64,000 nucleotides of DNA from Selaginella moellendorffii (GCF_000143415.4 NW_003314262.1:2115046-2179045), one strand, 5' to 3'; counted from the first letter of the stretch, positions 25,990 to 40,045 are shown. Notes: a model not told the origin generated them from the sequence alone. Program-made: numbers and translations.

Positions 25990-26287
25990 GTTTTGACTTT
26001 TTTTTTTCTCCCTGGACTATTTTCACTCGGTATAGTCTGTTTCAATCCAGCTCTCCGGAGTAACGCAACGCTTCAAGGAAATGACCACTGGCCAGGTTCG
26101 TTTTTACTACAGTAAAGTTCCTCAAGAACACCTCCGCGCGCTGGATCTAAAAACGTTTTGTCTTCTCGGATGTGGTTTAGGTCCATCCCGCATCGCGTGA
26201 TTCACAGAACAATTCATTCTTCGTCGATTCGCTCGACATTGCTATTCGGTAATTTTCTTTTTAGAAAAATAGACAAAGTTCTTCCAT

Positions 26288-26758
26288 ATGGCGAGCAAGT
26301 TGCTCGTCCAAGCTTTGCTAATCATTCTAAGTTCCTCGATTGCCACCGCCAGCAGCAGCAGCAGCAGCTCCACCAAAACAGGTCCGAAGAGCAGATCAAG
26401 CAACCAGCAGCAGCGATCGCAGCTCCAAAACAGATCAGACAACTCGGAAGAATTCTCCAGCGCTCTTGGCTACCTCAAACAGGTCGGACGAACGATGGGC
26501 TGCTCGAGTAAGCCGATGATCTGCCTGGACAAGCGATTCAAGCCGGCGGGGCCGATTTGCTGCGGCTGGATTTGCGTGGACGTTACCAGGGACGTGAATC
26601 ACTGCGGCCATTGCTTCCACCGCTGCAAGTACTCGCGCTCCTGCTGCCAAGGGAGGTGTAAGAACTTGGACCGGGACGTCCACAACTGTGGCTTTTGCGG
26701 GAGGCGCTGCCCAAAGCGCACCAAGTGTGTCTTTGGTATGTGTGGCTATGGAGGCTAG
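26288..26758 (+). CDS. STIG1-like secreted cysteine-rich protein
   Basis: Signal peptide, Ser-rich linker, then CCGWICVDVTRDVNHCGHCFHRCKYSRSCCQGRC...DVHNCGFCGRRC...CVFGMCGYG. Confidence 0.9.
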   Translation: MASKLLVQALLIILSSSIATASSSSSSSTKTGPKSRSSNQQQRSQLQNRSDNSEEFSSALGYLKQVGRTMGCSSKPMICLDKRFKPAGPICCGWICVDVTRDVNHCGHCFHRCKYSRSCCQGRCKNLDRDVHNCGFCGRRCPKRTKCVFGMCGYGG

Positions 26759-26840
26759 TACTCTGTTCCATTTTGACCTAATCCTAGAGGGTCGTTTTGA
26801 CCTAAAAGACAAGTTTGCCCTAAAAGGAGGGTTCTTGGCG

Positions 26841-27476
26841 ATGGAGGAGGAGCGATCGGCCAAATCGGCGGACGATGGCGGGACGACAATGTAAGCGATG
26901 GATCAATTTTTTGTTGGCCATGGAAAATTTAAGCCTTTGCCGCAGATTTGACAAGATTTTGAGCAAGGAGATCAATGCCACAATCGTGTACGAAGATGAC
27001 AAGGTAAAGTACTTTAATTCTTTGTGAGGTTACTTCTTTCCATGCTTCACAGGCGCTGGCGTTTCGAGACATCGAGCCGCAAGCGCCGGTTCATGTCATC
27101 CTGATACCCAAGCAGCGTGATGGACTCACTCGTCTTGCGAATGTGAGAAAATCTCCATGTCTTCTTAGGAAACAAGAATTGGATTGTTTTTCTTCTTTTT
27201 CTAGGCCGAGAAGCGGCACCGAGAGATTCTTGGGCACCTTCTCTACGTTGCCAAGAAGATCGGCGAGCAAGAGAAGCTCCAGGAAGGATATCGCGTTGTG
27301 ATCAACGATGGCCCCAAAGGATGTAAGTGGAGATCTTCTCAAAGAGACTTCGCTCGAGTTCTTTTGATCCAATTCTTTGTTCTCTCCTGCTGGATTGAAA
27401 CGTACCAGGCCAATCGACGTACCATCTACACTTGCACATCATGGGAGGCAGGCAGATGAAATGGCCTCCGGGATAG
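26841..27476 (+). CDS. HINT1: HIT-family protein (HINT1-like; 5 exons)
   Basis: Spliced product MEEERSAKSADDGGTT/FDKILSKEINATIVYEDDK/ALAFRDIEPQAPVHVILIPK.../GYRVVINDGPKG/CQSTYHLHLHIMGGRQMKWPPG*. Contains the HxHxH triad; GT-AG introns. Confidence 0.92.
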
Positions 27477-27566
27477 AGCGTTTAGCCTGTGAGTTGGAAC
27501 TCTAGAACAATAAATGTCGAGAAGAATTCAAAGCTAACGAGCGAGAGAAAGCGAGTACCTTGAATC

Positions 27567-28216
27567 TCATGCCGCCACTGACTGGAGAAAATCGTCCAGG
27601 TAACTTTTGATCTTGGCTTTGGTGATCGCTCCTTCTCTTCGACTTCCAGAGACTATTCCACCGTTTTTAAACATGACCAAAGTTGGGAGGCCGTAAAGCT
27701 TGTATTTTTCTACCAGGCCGGGGCTCTTGTCGGTGTCAACTTTGTAGACTTCGAGCTTTCCAGCATACTCCTGAGAAGAAAAACCACAAAGTTTTCCAGT
27801 TACTTCCACTGTAATCGAGAGGGAAAAACGCAATTTTTTTTAAAAAAAAATCACTCTTTGCTCTTTCGATCGAGAGAAGGAAGTGTTCTTACCTCGGATG
27901 CCCAATCCACCACGGGCGCCACGAGCTTGCAAGGTCCACACCACTCGGCCCAGAAATCCACCAGCACTGGAAGCTCCGATTTCAAAACCGCAGCCTCGAA
28001 TTCGTCCTCGGTGAGATTCTTGGCCTTGCAAGAAATGCCGCAATCCTGCTTCCTCAGCCACTGTGAGCCGCCGATTGAGGCGATCGCACCGCGCCGGAGA
28101 GGAGAACCTAGCCGCCTTGAGAAACTCACGGAAATCCTGTGCTGCGGCGCCGGCGCCGGCTTGATCCTCGCGACTACGATCGGCGCTGATCCGCAAGCCG
28201 CGATCGAGGACGCCAT
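27567..28216 (-). CDS. TRX-X: Plastid thioredoxin x (exons 28216-27893, 27770-27567)
   Basis: Transit peptide, [16 protein letters not shown], and C-terminal [13 protein letters not shown]...[11 protein letters not shown] typical of x-type thioredoxins. Intron 27771-27892. Confidence 0.9.
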
Positions 28217-29069
28217 TGCCAGTGTGGTGGCTGGATCACGCTAACCTAGCCCGCATTCCTGCGTAGAAGCGCTAGAACCCTATCTTTACTATTCGAATGG
28301 CCAGTAGTGGAAAGCATTTCCATTGGTCGACATTTAGGGCTTAATGATTGATCCGACGAAGACGATGGTGATGGCGGCGTCGATCCGCGTCGCTACCACG
28401 ATCGACGAGATTGTAAGTCAAGCAATAGAGATTTCTTGAGAGTAAAGACTAGGTAGAGCTGGATCTAGCAAGTCTTTGCTCTCAAAAACAAATAAAAGAC
28501 CTTTCAATCGCTCTCGCTGGAGAGAGGTCTTTTCTTTTGCCTCACTGTTAGAAGATTAAAGCCAGAGAGGAAGAACAGAGTGAGAGAATGGTTTCTAGAA
28601 AGATTAAAGCAAGAAGAGAGGAAGAACATGGTTTAGAGCTTCTAGAAAGAAGGGATTTGTCCAGGGAGAGAGAGAGAGAGAGAGATTAGAGCTAAATGGA
28701 ATGGAGGTGAAAGAAAAGTCTTGGCTAGAGATTAAGACGTGAGCTCACTTTGCTCTTATTTGTTTTCCAGTCGTGCACACAACTTGGTTGGCAGAAGCTC
28801 TGGAAGAAAAAAGAAAAGAAAAGGAGGTCTCTTCTCTCGAGCGATGGGTGCCTGCCAGTCCGTGCCAGGAAGGAGTGAACTCTGGGTCACGATCATACTC
28901 GCACAACTCTGGAGCTACGCGTACAGGTGAAACCCAGTTCCTTTTTTTTTTCATCTCTCTCTCCTTGCAGCTGACTCCATATAAATAACTCCACTCATTC
29001 TCATTCTCTTTGTAGGAACGCAAAGAGCGATTGCAATTCGGACGAGAGAAAAGAATTAGATTTGCAGAG

Positions 29070-29829
29070 ATGGAACGAGCTCAGGGAAGAAGCGGTGCAG
29101 CATTGCCAGTAGCTCTCGGGATTTTGCTGCTGCTGGTGGACTTCGCCTGTGCCGCGACTTACATTGTCGGTGATAGCCAGGGATGGGACTTGAATGTCAA
29201 CTACGCAGCTTGGGCTGGCAAGAAGAAATTCCGAGCTGGAGACGTTCTAAGTAAGCTTCTCTCCTCCGTTTCTCGTTTCAAGCTAGGACAGACTTGGAGA
29301 TCTCTCAAACTCTCCCTTCTTTGTTTTTCTTCTACCAGTTTTCACGTACACTCAGATGCACAGCGTGGTGGAAGTGAGCCAGGCCGATTTTGCGACGTGC
29401 ACGATCACTCCCATCAGCACTTACATGTCTGGCAACGACAGTGTGACGCTCAGCTCCACCAAGTCGAAGCAGTTCTTCATCTGTGGAACTGGAGGCCACT
29501 GCGGCAGTGGAATGGCGTTGCAAGTCGATATCTCTCCTGCTGCTGCTACTGTCCCGGCTCCAGCTCCAGCTCCAAGAGCAAAACCTCCGGCCCCTGCCGC
29601 TGCCAAATCGCCCAAGAGTTCTTCTCCAGCTCCTAAAGGTGAGAACCCCGTCTCCACTCCATCTTCGACGCCTTCGTCTCCTTCGCCATCGTCCAGTTCT
29701 CCAGCAGACTCCACGGATGAAACGCCTCCTCCGGCAGCTCCTCGAGGGAATTCGGCTGTCACTGCTGTAGCCGCTGCGGCTGGAGCTTGCTGGATCTCAG
29801 TCGCCATTGCCGCGCTCGCTCTCTTCTAA
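29070..29829 (+). CDS. Phytocyanin (uclacyanin-like) with AGP-like Pro/Ala/Ser domain and GPI-anchor-like C-terminus (intron 29250-29338)
   Basis: Signal peptide, YIVGDSQGW...WAGKKKFRAGDVL, copper ligands H(SV)...C..GH C..GM, PAPAP/SP-rich linker and hydrophobic tail. Confidence 0.9.
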
Positions 29830-30456
29830 AGGGAGGATTTTTACGGATCATTGTGTTGGTTTTTGGCCATGTTTTTGTCTTAGATCGCGAGATCTGGAGG
29901 TCCTCCATGGGAATTTGAAGACCCAATTCAGAGAAAAAAGAAGAGAAACTAAAAAAAACTACTTTTTACTTCTAAGCCAAAGGTTTGCTAAGACCTAAGA
30001 ACGTAAGTCACGAGACCAAATGGGCTGCCACAAAGGTATGTTTTTTAGAGTCACTTAGACAAGAAAGCAAGCATTGGTTGATAGGTAGCTCGCGTAAGTT
30101 CACAAATCTGTCACCTCTTCCAAGAAAACCAATCAATCCAAACCAAAGTTTGGACAAAAAGAAAAGCTTGGAAAAAGCTTGTAGCGAGAGAGGAAATTTA
30201 CGGCATGGCTCGTCAAATGGATGGAATGGTGCTTGAACTTCTTGTGTGGCTTTGGTTTTCTTCTTTCGTGGATTCTTTTCCTTTGCTTGGGGGAGTTGTG
30301 TATGCGTGTGTATATGTCCTATGTTGGTGCTGTAGTTGTGGCTTTAGGGCTCCTCAAACTTAACACGCGGTAGCGGTGTTGGTGCTATTAGGCGCTGGCG
30401 GCGACAAGGAGGAATCGAGAAGCCCGGTAAGACGAGCTTTGCGTTCTAGTCGAAAG

Positions 30457-32274
30457 ATGGGGAAGCCACCCGCAATCTCCACAGCCAACAACACGCGCTG
30501 TAGATTTCTCCCGGAAGAGGTAACTTAGCGGTCATCGTAGAACTTTTCCTGGTTTTTTTTCGCTTTTTTTTTTCCGGTTCTTAGATTGCCTTCTTCTCGA
30601 TCTCGAAAGGCCGGGTGTTTTTTCTTCTTTTTTTTTGTTTTTTGTTTCGTTTGTTTTGCGGTTACTTTGATTGCCTGGAAGCTAGAGCGAAGTTCTTGGC
30701 ATCGGCAAAGTTGGAGTGGCTTGACTTTGGAATTGCATGAACCCTTTATGTGGATGGATGGTTTCTAGATTGGATCTTTTGTCAAGAGTTTTCATGGGCT
30801 TGACGACTTTGCTATTACCAGGTAGCGGAGATGGAGAAATTGTTAGTACACCACAATGGACTCACTCCATGCCGCAGCGTACAGGAAGCCCTCGCGGAAA
30901 AATTCAGGTAAAGTGGCTCCTTTTGCTCGATTCAATCGTTTTTATGCCTCCAAATCTTGCAGCAAAGGAGCTGCTCGCACGGGTCATGCTCCAGTCCGGC
31001 CAAAACAGGTGCGTAAGTCAGTTTTTCAATCTTTTCTTTCTCGAGAATTAGAAGTGAAGTACAATTCTTACTGCAGATCTGGAACTGGTTCCAAAACCGG
31101 AGATATAAACTGTCAAAGCTGGATAAAGTCGATCAAGGAGCAGGACCATCGTCCTCTGGAAGAAGTATGATCAAATGCACGGCAGAGCAGCTCCTTGGTA
31201 CGTAAGGTTTTGGTCTGCTGATTGTTCTTAGTTTCTTCTTCTTTTTGTTTTTTTTTTTCTCACAGCTCAAAGAGCAAACGGGCTTCAATTCGAGGCCATC
31301 TCCAGCAAAGATGGTGCCTGGTAAGAAACAAACTCTAGTTTTCCAGAAAACTTAAAGAAACTTGACAATGATCTTGCATCTTGCAAATTCTAGGTACGAT
31401 ATCAGATGTTTTCTTGGATATAAGCTCACCGAAATGGGGCCGGTAAGCAGAAATCTCGATTTTTGTGATAAGTTGTCGAGTTTTTCTCGTTTCCTAAACC
31501 GAGAATCCTTGTTTGTAGGAGATTTTTATAAGATACGCTGGACTGGGTGGAGACGAGGATGAATGGGTAGAGCTCAAGTCCATTCGGAGGAGATCACTAC
31601 CGTGTGAAGGATTCGAGTGTCTTGCAGTTTATCCCGGAGACAATGTTCTATGCTTCCAAGTAAGCTTCCATTTCTTTTTCTCCTTAGCAATAGGAGTTCT
31701 CTCTCGTGTGCTTGTGTTTACTCCAAAGTTTCTCTTCTTCTTTTGGATGATCTATCAACCAGGAAGGCGACGAGCATGCTCTTTACTACGACGCGAGGGT
31801 GATCGACGTCCAGCGAAAGAGGCACGACTCCCGGGGGTGCCGCTGTAGATTTTGGATTCGCTACGACCACGATCAATTCGAGGCAAGCATGTTGTGTTCT
31901 CCATCGTTTTTCCAGATTCTTACGTGTTTATGTGGACGGTTTAGGAAGTGGTGACGCTGAGGAAGGTGTGTAGAAGGCCCGAGACGGATGCTCGCTTGAA
32001 GACCCACTTCGAGAGCAGTGATGGCAGCCAGCAAAAGCCACAAGAGAAGTTCGCACACTTCGAGGACGATGAAGGCGAGCAAGAAGTTGATCAAGAACAA
32101 ATCCAAGAAGAAGAGGACCAGCAACAAGCACATGAGGATTATACGAAATCGTGTGTGTCAGGTGTCGCTGGTGGCTTGTCAATCGATCTAAACGCCACGC
32201 CTCCAGTGGAAGCATTTGGTCTGCGGCAGTCTTCTGGTGGATCATTTTTGCAACCTGAGATTAGAGCATTATAA
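30457..32274 (+). CDS. SHH2: SAWADEE homeodomain homolog (SHH2-like), multi-exon
   Basis: MGKPP...RFLPEE start; homeodomain ...[19 protein letters not shown]; SAWADEE motifs [78 protein letters not shown]...LRKVCRRP. Confidence 0.92.
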
Positions 32275-32879
32275 AAACAGTCGAAATTTTGTGTACATCA
32301 AAATGATTTCAATGATTCTTGCTATGATAATTTTAATAAGAATTAATCATGCTTTAAAACCTGTATGAATTTGTAGAATATTCAAGTATTTTCTAGTATA
32401 TTCCTTGATCTTTATACTAGAACTAGTACTACTAAATAAGAGGATAGTCATAACCTCCTCATAAGCTCTAAGCAAGCAAAGTTTATTTTGGACAGAAACC
32501 AGATGAAACACCTCTATAGATAGGACTTTGTGCTGAAGTTTTTGCAGCTAGAATACAATGCATGGCAAACTTTGAGCAGCCTTTCCTGGACATTGAAATC
32601 TATAAGTGCCATACTCCATCTTTGTGTGGCAGAGCTGGGGGGCCAGGGAGCCATACCAGACATGGGCCACACCTCAAAAGGTCCTGGTATATATAATATA
32701 AGTATTATAAAATTATTTGATTTTTGTAGATAGAAGTCAATAACAAAGTGATCTAATATTGTTATTGAAGTAATATTAGATGCAGATTCAATCTTCATAA
32801 AGAAAAATCTAAATTCCACTCTAGTATTGTAGTTGTCTCTAGAAGCTGAATAACTCAAATGGAATCAAAGAATGGTTCT

Positions 32880-34480
32880 AAAAGATTGGTAGAAACATTT
32901 AGACTATAGTGTGTTGTACCCTACGAAAGATGGGGAGGATCATAAGATTTAAGTATGAGAATAATGAGTATCTTATTAATGGCAAAATATGCTATACTAA
33001 AGTTGTGAGAAATGTGTTCCCTAAAAAAAGCAACTTTGGCACAAAGTTGTGTATGAACAATATGGTGTAGTGCTAACTAATAGTTGGCATGAAAAATGAC
33101 TATTTTAGTCTTGACAAATACCTAGACACAAATGGAAAGTGTCGTGAGAGTAAACTTGTAGAGCTAATGAGGTGAAGACCCCAAGTCTCTCAAGGGATAA
33201 AGCCTTGAAGTCAAGTTGATTAATTCATAAAAACCTTTTGCCAAAGGAATCCCAATGGAAATATAATTGGTATAATTTAAGTTGAATGGCATGTAATTCA
33301 AATATGTGGACCCAAATAATGATGGACATGTGGAAACATTAACAATGAGTTATAGGATTTAACAACTATAAAGCAACTAAGTAAAATATGTGGTATAATT
33401 GATTTAATTGGTGAAAATCAACTTTCTAAAACTTTTTATTGGGATAAGAAGGAAGATAGATATATCCTTTGAGGGATAAATTGCTTATGTTACAATATAA
33501 TGAGTTAAATATTATAAAAAAAATACTTATTATCAAAGAAGTTTATCATTAAGACAGCTAAGCACTCTTAAACACCCAGGAAGTGGTGTTGAGTATCATG
33601 AGGGCATTAGATAAGGCACTAGGGACAAAGTTCTTAGAAAATAACAGATACAAAATGCTATTCAATGTTTAAAGTTGTAGAAAGTTAGAGATAGAAGTTT
33701 ATTTATCCAAAATTGAACAAAGCCAAAAAAGATTTTAGCTAGGATAATGATAGGCACACAAAGGCCCATAAGGAACAATATTAATCCTAGTGTGTAAGAT
33801 TATAAGGTGAGTATATTTGAATTGAGGAACCATTCCTTATGCTATCAGGTAAGTTCATCTTTAAGAATACTTGTTAATGCATGGTAGAAAGTGCAAAGTT
33901 ATTCTCCTAGTTTAGAGGAAAAATAACTGAAGGGAATGTGTAAAGTTAAAAATAAGTAATAAGGGGATAAAACCAAATGATAGAAATCGAAAGGTATAAC
34001 CAAGGGTGATTATGCAAGTTGGAAGTGGAGAATCAAGTAGGTGCTCAAAGGTGTTACTATTGATAATTGTGGAGCTATAGAGAGTCTAAAGTGTGAAATT
34101 TGCCCATGTTAAAGTTTATGGCAATTAAAAAGCTTGTGAAAGGAGAAGCTTTGGCAGACTAAAGGACAAGGTCCCTTCAAAGTTCCCAAAGACAATTTTA
34201 AGTAGGTTAGTACATAGAAAGACAAATGTAAATAGTTTATAAGAATGTGCAAAATTAAAGTGGCACAACAAAAGCATGGTTTTGAAGTTTGCTGAAAAGC
34301 GAGGTTATCAAGGCTAGAGAATTAATTCCTGAGTGTTTAAAGAGATGAAAGTTGATGGTTAAGGACTTTTATGCTTATGCATGAAACCATGTTACGTTGG
34401 TTAAATGACTTACTAAGCGAGAATGGTAAATCAGGGGAACAATGACCCTAGTTAAAGGTGTTGACTTCAAAAGGGGTGAC
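32880..34480 (+). mobile_element. Highly decayed retroelement relic (probably gypsy pol)
   Basis: A-rich coding-like strand bias, near-complete CpG loss, faint pol-like peptides and a purine tract near 34470. No intact motif. Confidence 0.35.
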
Positions 34481-34515
34481 CCATAGGGCCAAGCATGGAG
34501 GAGTCCATACATAAT

Positions 34516-35631
34516 TGTCGCAAATGTGACTTCAGGTATCGAAAGTTACCTGTCGACTAGTCCTTACGGACACTCTTACATTACTACCGCAACGGTAGGA
34601 GGTCGGTATTGTTGGACTTGTTATCAATCTCCGCTTAAGCTAGTTGAGAAATTGGTCCTCGCGTGTGCACTTGACCAAATGAGCATAAGGAAGAAATTCC
34701 TAAGTGCCTATTTAGTCAAGCATACTTGACCTGGTTAGAGAAACTCATTCGTTGACTTTCAATTGCTAGTGTTGGGAACCCCCGTGATATTGAGCTTGGT
34801 CCCTTAATATCGCTAGATGATAGCTTACTGTGTCTGCCAAACACCCTGGCTATCATGCCCTTTGTGTTAGTCTTATTTCGGTCCCAAATGCTATTTATGA
34901 AAAGTGTCCAGATTTGCTCATTTGGCATATCTACCGAATGTAGAGATTGGCTTGAACACAATGGTGTTCGTCCCGTGTCCAAATTCGCATTCTAGCATCA
35001 TTCCATATTTAGTAAGTTTCAAGCTTGTCCCAGAGACTAACTCCTGATACTAAAGGAGGCTTGGGGTGAAAGCCCAAAGCGTGTGTTCCTCGAGGTGGGG
35101 GGGGGGGGGGGCTATGGGGGGTTCCAAATGTATAGTAGGGATAGTGGGTAGGTCGGGCATGGCCGACCAACCTGAGGCATAGTCTAGCTCCCGCTTGCGT
35201 GCTTGTTTTTGTTTTGTGTCCGGCTTGGATCTAAGCCCAAGTTCCATTCCATGCTAGTTGGTGGAGTACCCATGTCCTTGCGTTAGGCCACCGGTATGCT
35301 AAAATAGCACTAGACTTCGTTTGGCTCCGTTTTGCGTGCTGGTCCTGGCATTGGGATGCTGGATACTCTAAGATTGTTCCAAGTCACTCCGTGCCCCTGT
35401 CCTTTCGCTCCTTGGGCTATGTGCTCAGGAGTTGCTCCGTGGTTCGGTTCCATCACTCCTCGGCTCCATGCTTGGGAGTTTGGCACCGTTCCTTCGTTCA
35501 GTGGCCCACTGAAACTCGGGCCACACCACTGTCCTTTGGACATGTGGCATATGACATGTGGCACATGAAGGGTTAGGTTTCGCTTCGTGGTTATCACCAT
35601 AGGATAAAGGGTAAAAACCACGTGTGCTACA
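34516..35631 (+). repeat. 5' LTR (~1.1 kb)
   Basis: TG...CA ends, matches 63646-64000, PBS follows. Confidence 0.85.
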
Positions 35632-38600
35632 TTTGGTATCAGAGGATGAGTCTCGGCGAGTACTATCCAATGAGATTGGGCAACTAGTCTCGTTGCATAC
35701 ACAGAGATGAAAACGATGATTCGAGTGGGTACACGTTTGGGTGTAAAGATTTCGCAATCATTCCTTGAGTATGGATTTGATTACCTTTTTGTACTATAAT
35801 AATGTGAGCTTGCTCTTGGGCTCATAGGATGGATTTGAGGTGTACCATTTGCACAAGTTTTTGCTTGGGCGAGTGAGTGAGGCACATTAGTAACTCAAAG
35901 ATATACTTTGAGTTGGCAGGATTAATGTAAGCCTATTGGTGGTTCCATGAGTTGTTCCATGTACCATGGGTGAAAGCAAACCTCTCTGGGTTTACTATGA
36001 GTGGCAAATAGGCTGGTCCATAGTTGTTTAGCATGGCACTAGTGGATCCTTCCTAGGTATGATTACAAGTGGATCAATCAAGACTATAGGGATTAGTCTA
36101 TTAGTTCAAGTAGTCATTGTTGTGCTCTTTCATAAACTTTTCTTGGATTGGACTAAAGGCAGTGCAAAAGCAAGCTTGAGGTTTAGTCAAAGATGAGACC
36201 AAAAAGAGAGTCGTCAGGGACGAAGGATCAAACATGTAAATCATTTTCTCTTCTCGAAGAGATGATTCGCAACAAGGTGTTAACTCATTGCTCGTGTTCA
36301 CATCATGCAATCAAAAATCCCTACCTTGATGCATCTTGGATATGATAGTCTTACAAATGGTGAGTTGTGGGATGGATAGCAGTGAAGCACTAAACCATTT
36401 TGTCTAGACTTGCTATTGGAAGATTTAGGTTGCAATGCTCAATTCTTTTCCAGGGAACCTTGCTATTGTTCCTTGAGTAGCTTGGTGTTGGATTAGTGTT
36501 GAGTTTGGTCAGATAGAGAGTGGCAAAAGCTTGTTCATGTTGTGAACAAAAATTAGTGGTGTTGAGTGTTGTAAATCTCTATTGGTGGAATGTGGCATTT
36601 ATGTTGCATTTTGTTAAATCGAGTTGGCACTTGATACTCACATAAACCTTTGTAGTGTGATATAGGTATTGCTCATAGTGTTGCTCAATTGATGATCAAG
36701 TCATTATGATACTTATATCATATCCATGTGATAATGAGCAGTGTGTTTACGAAGTTGCTGGTTAAACAATGATCAACCCCAAAGTGGTTGATGGTGAAGC
36801 TAGTCTACTTGCACATAGTAGCATTGTAGTATCTTTGACTGGATTCTCGGTGATAGTCCATTATGCTAAGCGTAAGCTAGTTCCTTGTTTCCTTGAGGGT
36901 TTGCCCATAAAGTGTTGAAAAAGGGTTGTAGCATTCATTTGCTATAGCTTGTCAATTGATTCGTTTGCACTTGGAGTAGATTGTTAGATGGAGAAGGTGT
37001 GTAGTTGAGGCATTGACATTGCTAACACTTGTGTTAGCGGAAGTGGCATTGTTACTTCAAGTGATGAGGAATTTTCCTTGAACCTTGATTTTCCATGTCA
37101 TTTTTCTTGTTAGTGTTTAGGTTTCACATTGGATCTTGAAGGTGGTTGAAGAAGAGTGTTAGTGCAATGTGGATATCCGAAGATGTGGTCTTCGTGATCA
37201 AGCCTTGAATGTTCATTTTGCACTATGCAGATGTCGGTGTTGAATATTGGTTAGATGGGCAAAGATGTTCAATGCTTAGACATATTGTTGAATCATGAGA
37301 ATTTGTGTTGAGGTGAACTTATGTGAAGTTGTTAGTAGGAGAAAGTTGGTTGAGTTTTGAAAGTTTGCATTCCTGGACTGAGAGTCATTCTTTCTTTAGG
37401 ATGGAAAGTTTTTCCACAAATTTTCTTAGACTTTTCTAATGGCTGATTTGTTGGTCACTTTGCTCGAAAACCATTCCGTTTTCGTAAGCCAGTACAAACT
37501 AGTGAAGGGGTTAAAGTTAACTTCAGTTAGCTTAGACCTTGGTAGGTAGTTTGTATGATGCAACCCGAAAAGGATGCTAATTTTTGAGGCTAAGGCAATT
37601 GAGTTGGATAGAGTCAGGAGTTGGTGTAGAAAAGTGGCTGTTGCGTTTTTCTAAAAAAGGTGACCCTTGTGCCTTTCTTTTGTAGCATTATGCTTGGTGG
37701 CAAGTTGCACTTTGCATTTTATTAAGACTCTATGAGAGTAGTGAGCTCTCACTGATCTTGACTTGGTCTAGGTGGCCCTATGCCTTGGCTAAGGATAGTG
37801 ATGTCCAACTTAGTTGTTTAAGGTTGAGATGTTGGTACCTATACTATAGTTTTGTCTATGAGGAAGTTGTGTACTGATATGAGTCCATCTTGTGGTCTTC
37901 ACTTTAGTTTTGACTAAGTGTTGATCGCATAGCTAGCCTCTTCAAGACATATTCAGAGCTAGTGGCTAAATGTTTTAGTAAGCTTATTGCAGTTGAGTTG
38001 GATTTGAGTGATCATTGAGTTTGTGCTTGTCTATAAACTTTTATCTCGTACCTGGGGTATCACATTCATGTTAGACAAGTATATAACTTGATGACAAGAG
38101 TTGGTGTTTGGGTCTTGTGAAAGCAAGTTGATGAGTGATTGTTAGTTGCTTTGCGACTAGTGATTACTTATAGACTTCATCAAGGATTGTTGACATTTTC
38201 TTTGCTCGATGATGATTTAATAGTGATGGGCTTGCTTTACCAGTATCATTAGACTTACATGAGTTTTTCATATTGGCATGTCGACTCTACCTCTGTCAAT
38301 ATCATTTGGTTACATTTAGTCCGTAGTGTTGGATTTCATTAAGTCGTGGTTGTGGTGAATCACTCTTTGATGATGTGTTATCTGAAACTGAGTATTGCTA
38401 AAGGATTGGTCTTGGATACTAACTAAGGTATTTTCGACTTTGGTTAGATTGGTTGTTGGAGAGCTCTGAGTGGTGATTCACTCTTTCTTTCTTTTAGTTT
38501 TGTTATGGTGTTGATGGCATTGAAGTGATGCCTTATTGTTGACATTGTTGATATTGAGATTCGAGTGAAATGAGATATCCTTCCAAGGATTGATATTGAG

Positions 38601-40045
38601 TTTCATTAGTCTTGATGATTTGGCTTTAGCTTTGTGTTATTGGCATTCATGCATTTGCTAGTTAGCAACTGCATTGACGTTCAAATGAACTGAGTGGCAA
38701 GTTGAGTTAGTTGTGTTCTAGACGAGATTGCTTAGTTAAGGTTGAGCTTTAGCTTTTCCTTGAAAAGTGATTTAGTTGTGGATAATGCTACCTCTATAAG
38801 AGGAAGAATTAGTAATTGGTATTAAAGTGATTGAATCCTTGTTGGATTTCAGTTGGGATATATCGATTATTGATGATTCTTCTTGTGCTTGTTATAAAGT
38901 GAGTTACATCTTGTTATAGATGGATTCATGGAGGATTGTTAGTGATCACTTGTTAGGCATAGCTCCATTGTGTTTAGCTTTTAGATTGATGCAGAAATGC
39001 TCTTCATTAACTTTGGCATTATGAAGTTTGGCTTATGGATGTGTTGAAGAAGATATTGTGGGTTGCACCATGATTTCTTCTTTAGCATTGAAGTTAGCTT
39101 CTATGAGATTCGTGATCATTATTAGGCAAGATTTAGCTATAGGCTTCTTAAAGCTTTTGGTTCTTTGAGTTTTCATGCTCATTATTCCATTTGTCCGGAG
39201 TTGTTGGGGGAAGGCATTTTTAGCTCTTTAGCTTCAATGTTGAAGTTAGTATTTGCATCTAGCAATCATTGGTGATGATTGACTATCATCTTGGAGACTT
39301 GATTATCCTTGTCAAGAGTTTTGCTTGATTATTGTTGTTGATATAGATTTAGTTGCTATTCTTCGGGATGGTAGATTCTTTCTTCAACGATGATTATGCA
39401 TCTCTTTATTGATAGGATGATTGATGATCTTTCATGATGGTTAATTATTTTCTTTGATGGCTTATGCCTTTTTGCAATACCACATGTTGTTTATAGTTTG
39501 CTCTGGTTTGGTCTATTGGGTTTGAGACATCAGTAGGATGTTGCTGACACTTGCTTAGGCAACTTGAGTTCCTTGGTGTTGTTGGCTGGGATCTATTTGG
39601 ATTAAGCTCTATTTCGTTAAAGTGGGAATTGTCATTATCCCACTTGTAAAATAAGGTTTCCAAACCTTTATATAGTATATAAATATAACAAAATTCAATT
39701 GCATTGAGGCACATGCCATTTTATTTTAAACAAGGAAATGTCTACTCAATCACTTCTCCTCCCCCTGCCACTGCTTCACCTCTCTCTTCTCCTTGTCATC
39801 GTCGTCCAATTTCTTTCCATCCTTTTAATATTGGCTCAGTTGCTCCGAGTCTAGGTGGAGCCCAAGTCCCCATTCAATCTTTACTTTCCCCTTATTAATA
39901 AAACAACTTCGTAGACTTCCAATAACATGCTGTAACACTTCTAGTATAATGCAAATCCTCTCAAAGAATTGTCTTTTAATATTAATACAATGGCATGGAA
40001 CCCCATGCCATAATAAGTTACATTTTTAAATAAATACATGCCATC

